Shown in pieces: positions 53,901 through 63,198 of a stretch of 64,000 nt of DNA. The stretch covers positions 1 to 64,000 of the IMG/VR virus record IMGVR_UViG_3300020045_011333. One strand, given 5' to 3'. Position 1 is the first letter of the stretch, and each line of letters opens with the position of its first letter. The stretch comes from a virus. Position numbers and translations under genes: made by a program. Under the pieces are notes generated by a model. The model saw only the letters and a program-made list of their open reading frames with translations. It was not told the origin of the DNA and did no database searches.

Positions 53901-55719
53901 TAATTTTTAAAAAATTAAACTAAAAATAATCAAAAAACGATCAAATTTTTCCAGCATCTTCCCACCTTGGAAAATTGCACCGCTAAATAGTTGATTTTTA
54001 GAAGATTTTACCCCTAACGGGGTCACAACCCATGATATATAGGCAATATATCCTCAATATTTAATTAAATTTAGCTAATAAAACCATTAAAAATATTATC
54101 ATATAAGGATATCTTAATATGATTATTTAAAAGTTTGCTACCATGACAAATCCCCTCCTGACGAGCAGATCAATAAATAAATTTTTAATTATTGCACGTG
54201 CAATAAATGCCTGTGACTCAAATGTAAGAAAACGAAAAACTGTTTACCCGGCTAACAACAATCGATTGATTATTTTCCTAATTAGAAAATGCTAATGTAT
54301 AAGTCATTGATATCATTACGTTTATTTTCTTACTTTTACAATGTAAGATTCTGAAACATTCATGACTTGTTTGCTACCTTGTAATGACAGGAACAAAAAA
54401 CCTCAAAATAGCCTGTATTTGGTTGAATTTTTTAAAGATTCAGGGTTTACATCTGGCTCGAAAGGTTTATATTAAACTTATAGAAACAAGGAAACACGGC
54501 AATGATGACGATTGAAACCGCGATTGAAGTTTGCAAGAAAATGCGCGCTACTCCTTTTAATCTTCAAACTGAAGCTTTGCGCGCCGAATTCAAAATCGCT
54601 TCGGAAGTTCGCCACAATCATTCGATGGAAAATGATGCTTCTTATCGTCGCGGTTTTAGGCAAGCTTATAATGGCTTGGCCGTTGGAACCGGCAGACTCG
54701 ATCTAGTTGGAAAGCATGGTTAATTGTGTTTAGATTAGTGGCGCTGAGCAAAGCGCCACATTTCTAAATGCATAGGGCATTTAATTAAGAGGAGCTAAAA
54801 CAATGCCTAAGTTCGCAGTAACTCAAATTCAGACTCGCCATGTAATTTATACCATTGAGGCAGAATCGGAGGAGCAAGCAATTGAAAGCTTGAACAATTC
54901 TTTTGATGCTATGAATGATTTTGACGGAGTCGTGGAATGGTCCGGCGATGCTGAGACTATTGCCGAAGAAATCGAAGAATAAAATATCTTTCAACTGAGG
55001 AAAAACAGCAATGACTCATATTCACAATGAACTGGCTCAAGAAATCGTTTCGGCAATTGGTGAGACTCGATTTGAACTAAAGACTTATTCTAGCTCAAAA
55101 GCTAATGCGCAAGCCAATCTTAACGGCAGGACGCATTATGTTGATGACGATACATTGAAATACTTTCATTCAAAGATTGCTTATTCTAACGATTATGAGA
55201 ATGGAACTATTTTCGCTTTGGTGGAATCTTGCGCCGCTGACATGGATAACCGCAATCGTGGATTCCGTTTCGTTGTCTTTGATCTATTCGGAACCGTAAT
55301 AGAGAGGCGCAAGAGCAGTGATTTGTTCTCAACTAAGGATAAAGCCAGAAAAGCGCTTAACACCTTCTTTGAAGACTTTGACGCCTTGGAACACTATAAG
55401 CAAGCCATGGCGGAACGCGCCGAACGGCTGGCAAATGATTCAAAACGCCTTGCGGCTCAAGTTGCCAGAATGGGAGGAGAATGAATTTGTGGGCGTTTGT
55501 TGGGTTTCTTGCGTCATGCCTTATGCTATGGCTTATTTTCCCGCTATAGCGGGCCGCTAGGAAGCGTTTCCGGGTTAAACCGTGTCGCACTAGCCGAAAT
55601 GATGAATCGCGTTGTATGGGGCTTAAATCAGGTTTTATGAAATGCGATTTATTTTCTGTTTTCTTACATTTTCTTGTTGACGAATCTTTTTAAAGATTCT
55701 ATAAATTAATCATCGAAAC
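47930..55719 (+). promoter_or_regulatory. family of early promoters with ATCGAAAC at the predicted +1
   Basis: ATCGAAAC begins exactly 35 nt after the first base of the -35 hexamer at 47930, 49866, 50464, 51020, 51898, 53330 and 55677. Confidence 0.85.
53760..54440. promoter_or_regulatory. ORF-free cis-element cluster
   Basis: AAAGTCAACCATTTTGAT twice, CCCCTAACGGGG, 18-bp palindrome TTATTGCACGTGCAATAA, ATGTAAGAAAA. Confidence 0.6.
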
Positions 55720-56849
55720 AAGGAAACGAACAAATGGAATTTAACGGCGCAATCCTCACTCGTAACAATGAATTTAACGTTCGCGTTGAAATGTATAACA
55801 CGTTGATGGAAAAGGAAGTTTATTCTGTATTGTTTGACGATGAAAAAAATGAAATTCTTAATCGCGTTTCAGTCCGTCGCGGTCAAGATAAAAAAGGCGG
55901 TTGGAAATGGGGAACGTTGAATAACAATGCTCATTCCGGCCAAATTCGCCGCGTTGTTTCCTTGGTTAAGCAATCGGGGATTTAATCCCCCCCCCCTAAC
56001 GGGGTCCACTATTAGCCTAGCGTCCTGCTAGGCCCTGCCCTCTCTCACACAAAGGCCCTATGTACCATGGAAAAGCTTATCCTAATCCTTATCCTCAATG
56101 CCCCTAACGGGGATATACAGGCCACACGCTATGCCATAGCAGACCGCCCTACATGCGAAGCTAAGGCGGCATGGTACAATGACCCATCCCATAACCCTAT
56201 CGCGTACCATGACGCCCTAGGCCCTATCTATAGGCACAATGCAATGTGTGTCAGTGCTGCTGCTGCTAATAGACTGGTAGTTGTAAAGGATAATTAGTGC
56301 AACTATGTACGATTGTTATTGATCTATTGTTTAATCTATTATAGATTATAGATAGGTACACACATAAAGGAACTAGTCATGCTACTCACCTTCATTCCTT
56401 CGATCCTCTGCCTTGCTCTTGCGTTGCAAGCCGGTATGCGTGGCGAACGTTATGCCAGAACCAACGAAACACTAGCCGCTGTTACACTATTGGCTGTGCC
56501 TATGTGGTGCGCCATGGCTGTAATGGTGGGACTCTCTGGTCTTCTCATTCATTAAACAATAGATATAGGCTATGCGCTAGACGCATAGGCCACGGCATAG
56601 GACAACGGAACAATGATTAAATCAATCGCTCTTATCCTTATCATTTGGAACCCTGTTAATGATACTGAGTCGGAAATGGTATATGGAACATATACATTAG
56701 AAGAATGTTTAATAAAAGAATATGAAATAAATAAAGAAGACAGCATTATAAATAAAAAATTAAAAAGAAATAAATTAGAATTGAATGCGACATTGTGTGA
56801 GTGAGTCGTTATGTAGTGAAGTCTAATACAATGTTTAGTTGAATTAATT

Positions 56850-57010
56850 GGAGGGACCCGTCCGGGGGGTATACCCGTGGGGGTTGTATTCCGCCTTCCT
56901 ACTGTCGTAATAGTACAATACAAGTTGTAAAAATTTTTTCACCCTAACTACCCCCCCCCCTCTTTACTACCCTTACCCTCAAAAAAATTTTTCACACTAA
57001 CTACGTTGAT
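56850..57010. repeat. G/C-tract and direct-repeat element at the early/structural boundary
   Basis: G3, G6, G5 runs then C3, C10, C3, C3 runs; AAAATTTTT(T)CAC(C/A)CTAACTAC twice. Confidence 0.7.
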
Positions 57011-57133
57011 ATTTGTATCAGCGAAGTTTAACTAAGTTCTTCCATTGGCTTAACAACAAAAAACTTGACTTTTTAATATTTTAAAGTATAATATTCCCTT
57101 ATCTTTGAAAAATTAATATTGTGAAACTTTTAC

Positions 57134-59539
57134 ATGGCCATATCCCCAAAAGACATACGCTTCAACCCGGCGACAGGAAAAATAATTCTTCCGGGACAAC
57201 CGTTGGGAGCAACTAATCAAGTTAATAGCAATCGTGTGGCAAGACATTCATCTCCGTCACATAAAAATGCTGTTTCAACTGCTCCGATCCCAGAACATAA
57301 TTATTCTGTTGGCGATGTAGGTTTACCAAATACACCTTATGATGGCATGACTTTAGCTTATTTCGAGGGTTTTGATCAACCTTTGGCTGATCTTGTTATG
57401 GCCCCACATAAGCCCCGTGGTAAATATTTAACCAGTCAAACTTATCGTCCCGGTTCTCGACAACCTAGTGGACAGTTAACTATTGCCTATGACAGTGACC
57501 CCTATAATACAGGTCCAAACGATAACAATCGTGGTGTGCCTATCGGATCAGATAATATTTCAATTTCTAATTCAGTATTAAAATTAGGCGCTCGCTATGG
57601 AACGGCCCAAGAACGTACTCTGTATAACAGAGAACTTGTTGCATCTTGTTTAATGAGCGATTTTGCGGTTAATGCCTATCCCGGCATAGCAGGATCTCAA
57701 GATATTATTATTGAATGGTATATGCGAAGTGTTCCTAATGGGCCTAATTTAGTAGGCTCACATAGTGATTTTTGGACCTCCCCTATGGAGCCTCCTGCCA
57801 ACTCTTCACCCAAGCAAGATATCAATTTTGAAAATGACACCATGAACCAAGTTCTTGGTGGAATCGGACTTGATCCCGGAAGTCCCGGTGGTTTTTCGCC
57901 TAATAATAAATGGACTGATTTCGGTAGCTGGCATCGTATTAGTTTTCTTTTAAATAAAGATACCCAAGCTGGTGTAAAAGTATATCGAGACGGAGTTCTC
58001 TGGGATACTGGACGTTTTAACGGTGGTCTTGGTGATGCAGCTATTCGTTTACTTATTACGGCTCACGTTGTAACTGAAGAAACTATATTATCAGAATGGA
58101 TTAATGGAGTTACTTACGCTCTTGAAATTGATGATTTCAGAGTTTGGAATAGACCAAGTGCTAAAAGATATAAACCTTTAGTTACTATGCCTGATGTTAA
58201 CATTAACTTTGGTTCTAGCACAACTATAACACTTCCTCCTGCTATTAGTATTTGGGGAGAAGTACCAACTGTTGAATACGTACAACAAATTCAAGTTGAG
58301 GTTAATGAACCGGGGGGTGCTGATAACGTATCCTATGGGACTAAATCTAACCCATTCCCTACCGGTGTATCTTACAATGCTGGTACTAGAACTATTACTG
58401 TAGCACCTACTAGCGCTAAAGCCGGACGTATGGCCTTCGTGGTTCACGCCAGAACCGCTGGAAGTGTGTGTGAGCCTCTTAGATTTAATGTTAACGTGGG
58501 GCCGGTTATCAATTTTAGAGCTATTAGCTTTGTACCCGGAATTGCTGGAACATATGAGGTATATTCTAAAGTTGACTGCGGCGTATTAGTAACTGATGGG
58601 GTAAATAAAACTAAAGTAATTAGTTTTACAGAACTGCCAAGTGGCTTTAGCTATAATGATACAACTGGTTATTTATCTTGGGACACTACTGCCACTGATC
58701 CGGCAAATGCGACTATCAATGCTACGAATTCTATAGGTCAAACTACCTCTGGAACAATTAATATTACATTAGGATCTGTACCTATTAACGGCGAAGATAT
58801 AGTATTGACTAATGCTATTAATTCTATGACTGTCTCACCAACTCAAGCAAGACGTGTTTTACTTAATACGTTTATTTCTGGACTTCGCAGTGATGGGGTA
58901 TTGACTAAACTTGATTGGTTAACCTTATTTGCGGCCCATGATAGTCAAGCAGGTTTGATTAATATGATCCAGCCTACAAAAAATTGGACTACAGTTGGGG
59001 GTATTGTGGCGTTTACTTCAGATCGTGGATATGCCGGTGATGGGGTAGCTTCTTATATGTCAATGAATGAAACTGTTACAGCCGCAAGTAATATGGCGTC
59101 TCAAAATAATTCCACCATCGGTATTTGGTGTAATCAACAAAATGGAGCAACTGGATTACTCCCACATTTCTCTGAATTAATTGCCGGTTCCAGATTTGAT
59201 ATTAGAGCCAGAGGAACTTCTGGTAATGAGACTTTCAAATGTGCTGATGGAACGGGAGATGTACTTAGAGCTAGTACTCTAACTCGTGTAGGACATAGAT
59301 CAGCATCTAGAACTGATGCAGCCGTCAAAAAGGGTTATTTTAACGGTTCATTAACAGCTACTTTAACCACAGCTTCTACAGGTGGAGGTGCAGCAAACGG
59401 ATGTATTGCTAAAGCCAGCACTACTTATTGTGCTGATAGATTCGCAGCATTTTATAGTGGTACAGGACTAACTGATGCTGAACAAACCGCTATGCATAAT
59501 AGATTAAATACGTATTTAACGGCAATCGGTGCAAATTAA
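57134..59539 (+). CDS. virion/tail protein with GH16-like (concanavalin A fold) and C-terminal tail domains
   Basis: DNISISNSVLKL, DFW, WHRISF...VYRDG GH16/LamG pattern; C-terminal DGVLTKLDWLTLFAAH domain; promoter TTGACT-TATAAT at 57065. Confidence 0.6.
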   Translation: MAISPKDIRFNPATGKIILPGQPLGATNQVNSNRVARHSSPSHKNAVSTAPIPEHNYSVGDVGLPNTPYDGMTLAYFEGFDQPLADLVMAPHKPRGKYLTSQTYRPGSRQPSGQLTIAYDSDPYNTGPNDNNRGVPIGSDNISISNSVLKLGARYGTAQERTLYNRELVASCLMSDFAVNAYPGIAGSQDIIIEWYMRSVPNGPNLVGSHSDFWTSPMEPPANSSPKQDINFENDTMNQVLGGIGLDPGSPGGFSPNNKWTDFGSWHRISFLLNKDTQAGVKVYRDGVLWDTGRFNGGLGDAAIRLLITAHVVTEETILSEWINGVTYALEIDDFRVWNRPSAKRYKPLVTMPDVNINFGSSTTITLPPAISIWGEVPTVEYVQQIQVEVNEPGGADNVSYGTKSNPFPTGVSYNAGTRTITVAPTSAKAGRMAFVVHARTAGSVCEPLRFNVNVGPVINFRAISFVPGIAGTYEVYSKVDCGVLVTDGVNKTKVISFTELPSGFSYNDTTGYLSWDTTATDPANATINATNSIGQTTSGTINITLGSVPINGEDIVLTNAINSMTVSPTQARRVLLNTFISGLRSDGVLTKLDWLTLFAAHDSQAGLINMIQPTKNWTTVGGIVAFTSDRGYAGDGVASYMSMNETVTAASNMASQNNSTIGIWCNQQNGATGLLPHFSELIAGSRFDIRARGTSGNETFKCADGTGDVLRASTLTRVGHRSASRTDAAVKKGYFNGSLTATLTTASTGGGAANGCIAKASTTYCADRFAAFYSGTGLTDAEQTAMHNRLNTYLTAIGAN

Positions 59540-59834
59540 AAATTAACTCTCTTGACATTTATTATTTTGTATGATATTATATTTAATATCAAGAGAGATT
59601 TTTAAAATGAATGATATAAACATCATTACCCCGCCCCGAGATGGAACTTGGATTATTTTATTGGGAGGATATGGTATCACAGATACTGGTGGTGATCATG
59701 ATTGTCAAAAACATCCTGTCATAGCTAAATATCAAATAGATGAAGAAAGTGCTTCTTTTGGAAATGGGTTTATGCTTTTTGGGACGGAGATTGGTATAGT
59801 ACTTACAAAAATCCTACACATTGGATTCCATTAA

Positions 59835-60518
59835 ATGCTTAAAATAATTTTAGGAATTTTAATTGGTGCTTTTTCTTTTGGGCTAGTAGCACAAACTACA
59901 CTTAATATTAGTCCAAATTATAATAAAATGATGAGTTCGGTTGTAAAAATTCAAAGTATTAACACCACTGGCTCCGGTTTTATCTCTGATTCAGGATATA
60001 TTATTTCTGCGGCCCATGTCTTTGAAGAAAAAGATAAAAGGTTTATAGGAAGAACAAAAGACGGTAAGAAATTTGATATAGAAATTGTTAAATTGAATAA
60101 AGAAAAAGATATTGCAATTCTTAGAGCTATCAATTTCGAAGTAAATATTACTAACTCTGCTAAACTTTCTTGTAAGCCTGTTAAAATTGGAGAGGATCTT
60201 ATTTCTATAGGAAATCCTTTATTCTTAAATTTTGTAACCACTTTTGGTAAAGTGGCAGGACTAAGAAGAATAGATATTGATAAAAGTGATATTGTAATTA
60301 CTGATCTTAGCTTACTCCCCGGAATGAGTGGTGGCCCTGTATATAATAAACAAGGGGAAGTAGTAGGGATTAATGATTCAGTTTTAAGTTCTCCAGTAGG
60401 TATGGGTATTGATACAGAATCTATAGGACTATTTAAAGAAATTTTATCTTTATCTGGAATTTCTGTTATTGTTTCTGGTGAAGCAATATGTGATGAATTG
60501 AAATTAGTAAAGAAATAA
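59835..60518 (+). CDS. trypsin-like serine protease (no PDZ)
   Basis: GSGF, SAAHV, DIAIL, GNP, PGMSGGPV triad motifs; hydrophobic N-terminus. Confidence 0.88.
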   Translation: MLKIILGILIGAFSFGLVAQTTLNISPNYNKMMSSVVKIQSINTTGSGFISDSGYIISAAHVFEEKDKRFIGRTKDGKKFDIEIVKLNKEKDIAILRAINFEVNITNSAKLSCKPVKIGEDLISIGNPLFLNFVTTFGKVAGLRRIDIDKSDIVITDLSLLPGMSGGPVYNKQGEVVGINDSVLSSPVGMGIDTESIGLFKEILSLSGISVIVSGEAICDELKLVKK

Positions 60519-60602
60519 TGTCCAAAAGTTAAAAAACTTGACTTTTTTAAAAAACTAAAGTATAATCCCGATTAACTCAAACTTAATCGGGATTTTTTAT
60601 TT

Positions 60603-61010
60603 ATGACTCTACAATATTCTGTTGCGGTCCGCAACGCCAGACTTGACGTTGTTGAGACTACTATTGGCGCAAGTGCCGTCCTTAAAATTAGAACTGGCGC
60701 ACAGCCTGCTAACGTAGGAACCGCTGATAGCGGAACAGTGTTAGCAACGGTACAACTACCATCTGATTGGATGGCTGCTGCCTCTGGTGGAACAAAATCT
60801 AAATCAGGCACTTGGGAAGATACAAGCGCGGATGCCACTGGTACAGCGGCCCATTTTCGCATCTATGCAAGTGATGGTACAACGGCTCACGCCCAAGGCT
60901 CAGTAACTTTAACTGGCGGCGGAGGAGATATGACTGTTGATAGCGTCAATTTCACTTCTGGTCAAAGTTTTGTTGTATCTTCATTTACTTTAACCAGTGG
61001 AAATGCATAA
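60603..61010 (+). CDS. putative virion structural protein
   Basis: A/T/G/S-rich beta-type protein (LKIRTGAQP...ATGTAAHFRI) in the structural module with its own promoter at 60538. Confidence 0.6.
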   Translation: MTLQYSVAVRNARLDVVETTIGASAVLKIRTGAQPANVGTADSGTVLATVQLPSDWMAAASGGTKSKSGTWEDTSADATGTAAHFRIYASDGTTAHAQGSVTLTGGGGDMTVDSVNFTSGQSFVVSSFTLTSGNA

Positions 61011-61017
61011 CATTTAA

Positions 61018-62565
61018 ATGACTGTAGTATTTCTCACCAATGGTACTACATCTTGGACCGTCCCGGCAGGCGTAACGTCTATCAAGGCGGAATGCCTTGG
61101 CGCGGGTGGTAATGCCGCAAGTGGTAACAGATCGGGTGGTGCTGGTGGTGCTTACTCTTGTGAGCCAATACTTACTGTTACTCCCGGCGAAATTCTTACA
61201 GTACAAATACCACTACAAACTGCTTCAACTTTTTCTGCAACAGGCGAAGCCTTTATTAAGAGAGGCAGCACTACTCTTGTTTTAGCAAAGTCCGCAACTG
61301 GTCCTACAACCAATGCAACTATTGCTATGGGTGGACAAGCCTCAGAAGGCGTCGGATTAATAAAATATTCCGGTGGTAATTCAGGTGGTGGACCTGATGG
61401 CACCGCTATTGTTTCCGGTGCAAGATCGGGGGGAGGCGCGGCGGCAGGCCCAAATGGAAATGGTGGAAATGGAGGTTCTGCCGCTGGCTCTGGATATGGT
61501 GCAGGCGGCGGCGGCGCTAATGGAGGAGGCCATGCCCCTAACGCCTCTGGCTCAAGCAGTGTAGGTGGAACAGGACCAACAGGAAGTGCTGGCGGTGCTA
61601 TTAGTTCAAATAGTCCCGGCACCAACGGTTCTGGAGGAGGAGGCGGACCTAGCGGTCTAAGTGGTACGAACTCTCACAATGCTGAATGGGATTCTACTCA
61701 CGGATGTGGTTCTGGTTCAGGTTCAAGAAGGTCATCTGGTGATGTCAATGCTTCTGGATGCTATGGCGGCGGATCTGGCGGCTTAGCATCAGGAAGTGGA
61801 TTTGGCGATCCCGGCTTAATTGTTATTACATATAGTGATTCTCCCACCGGAATTACTTCTAATGCTTCTATAACTGAAAATAATGACACTGTTTCTTCTC
61901 AGACTAATTTAAAAATTTCAGCTAATTTCAATTTTTTAGAAGATAATGACACTGTTGGCTCAATTACTGTTATCAGTGTAACTGCTACTTCTAATATTTT
62001 AGAATCTTCTGACACTTCTATAAGTACTAGCAATTTAAAAATTATTTCTATTTTTAATGTGTTAGAAGCTGATGATACCGTTTTAAGCTCTTCTCTAATT
62101 AAGATAAACTCTAATCTCAATTTAACAGAAGCTGATGACACTCTTAATTCTACAGGTAGCTCCACTACTGTAATAGTAACTATAGCTAATCTTAATTTAA
62201 CAGAAGAGAATGATACAACTAATTCTACCGTAAAACTAATAATAAATTCCAATACTTCTATTACAGAAGAAGAAGATACTATTACTAGTTTTAGTAAAAT
62301 TGGTATTAGTGCTTATTTTAATATTAACGAAGATAGTGATACTATCGCCTCTAATATTAGCCTTAAATTAATAGCTAATTTATTTGTTAATGAAGGAAAT
62401 GATACATTAATAGCTATTGGGCTATCTAATTACATTGTACCGGAAACACCATTATCCAGAACAACTTTTACAATATTTGAAAATAGATTAATTCAAGTAA
62501 CTTTTGAAAATAGAATTATCCACGTCACACCAGAACAACGAATTGTGAGAGCCACAAATGCTTAA
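61018..62565 (+). CDS. glycine-rich tail protein with nine ~22-aa acidic repeats
   Basis: WTVPAGVTSIKAECLGAGG glycine-rich domain; repeats E-x-x-D-T (e.g. NLNLTEADDTL). Confidence 0.7.
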   Translation: MTVVFLTNGTTSWTVPAGVTSIKAECLGAGGNAASGNRSGGAGGAYSCEPILTVTPGEILTVQIPLQTASTFSATGEAFIKRGSTTLVLAKSATGPTTNATIAMGGQASEGVGLIKYSGGNSGGGPDGTAIVSGARSGGGAAAGPNGNGGNGGSAAGSGYGAGGGGANGGGHAPNASGSSSVGGTGPTGSAGGAISSNSPGTNGSGGGGGPSGLSGTNSHNAEWDSTHGCGSGSGSRRSSGDVNASGCYGGGSGGLASGSGFGDPGLIVITYSDSPTGITSNASITENNDTVSSQTNLKISANFNFLEDNDTVGSITVISVTATSNILESSDTSISTSNLKIISIFNVLEADDTVLSSSLIKINSNLNLTEADDTLNSTGSSTTVIVTIANLNLTEENDTTNSTVKLIINSNTSITEEEDTITSFSKIGISAYFNINEDSDTIASNISLKLIANLFVNEGNDTLIAIGLSNYIVPETPLSRTTFTIFENRLIQVTFENRIIHVTPEQRIVRATNA

Positions 62566-62830
62566 ATGGCCCAATAAAGACCCCGATGAAGTTTTAGATT
62601 ACAAAATAGATTGGACTCCTCGTTTAGACGGTGACACTATTGTTACATCTATTTTTATTGTTACACCATCTGATATTGTTGTAGATTCTAGTTTTAATAC
62701 TACAACAGAATCTACGATCTGGTTATCCGGCGGTATTTTAAATAAAGAGTACTCAATAACTAATAGAATAGTTACTACCGATGGAAGAACCATGGATCAG
62801 ACTGTAAAACTATCTATTCGTCAGAAGTAA
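62558..62830 (+). CDS. phage fiber-tail adaptor-like small protein
   Basis: KDPDEVLDYKIDW...WLSGG...ITNRIVTTDGRTMDQ motif. Confidence 0.7.
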   Translation: MLKWPNKDPDEVLDYKIDWTPRLDGDTIVTSIFIVTPSDIVVDSSFNTTTESTIWLSGGILNKEYSITNRIVTTDGRTMDQTVKLSIRQK

Positions 62831-62929
62831 TATTTACTTTGTCGTACCAAATACATAAAACTTGACTTTTTAAAAAAGTTATGATAGAATAAGTTTCTTT
62901 ATTTAATCTTAAATTGCGAGATAATTACT

Positions 62930-63193
62930 ATGGCCGCTTCAAAAGCTTATACAATTACTAATACATGGCAGTTAGTGGCTAGTAATGCTACTGAAATATT
63001 CATTTATGCTAATAAATCTTATAATTTGGATTTATACATAGGAACAACAGCCCCGAGCGAATCTACCGCCGATTTTGTTCCTGTAGAGGCAATAAGCAAT
63101 TTTAGCGCGTCTTCTTTAGTATCAGCTTCTGATAAAGTTTATATAAGATGTGCATCCTCCGTTCCAGTCGTTGTAAAAGTTCTTACGGCGTAA
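62930..63193 (+). CDS. small putative virion protein
   Basis: ITNTWQLVA...YIGTTAP pattern; promoter at 62862. Confidence 0.5.
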   Translation: MAASKAYTITNTWQLVASNATEIFIYANKSYNLDLYIGTTAPSESTADFVPVEAISNFSASSLVSASDKVYIRCASSVPVVVKVLTA

Positions 63194-63198
63194 ATAGA

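Larger units (their letters stand above)
41349..56804 (+). other. early-type region: serial promoter + small ORF cassettes
   Basis: At least 18 TTGAC-N17-type promoters each followed by an RBS and 1-3 short ORFs; frequent stem-loops between cassettes. Confidence 0.8.

Noticed and set aside
143-62793. Many short opposite-strand or nested ORFs in the track (e.g. 796-1044, 27497-28120, 35285-35593, 61152-61625, 61899-62252)
   Set aside because: They shadow well-supported genes on the other strand or frame, lack RBSs and show no motifs.
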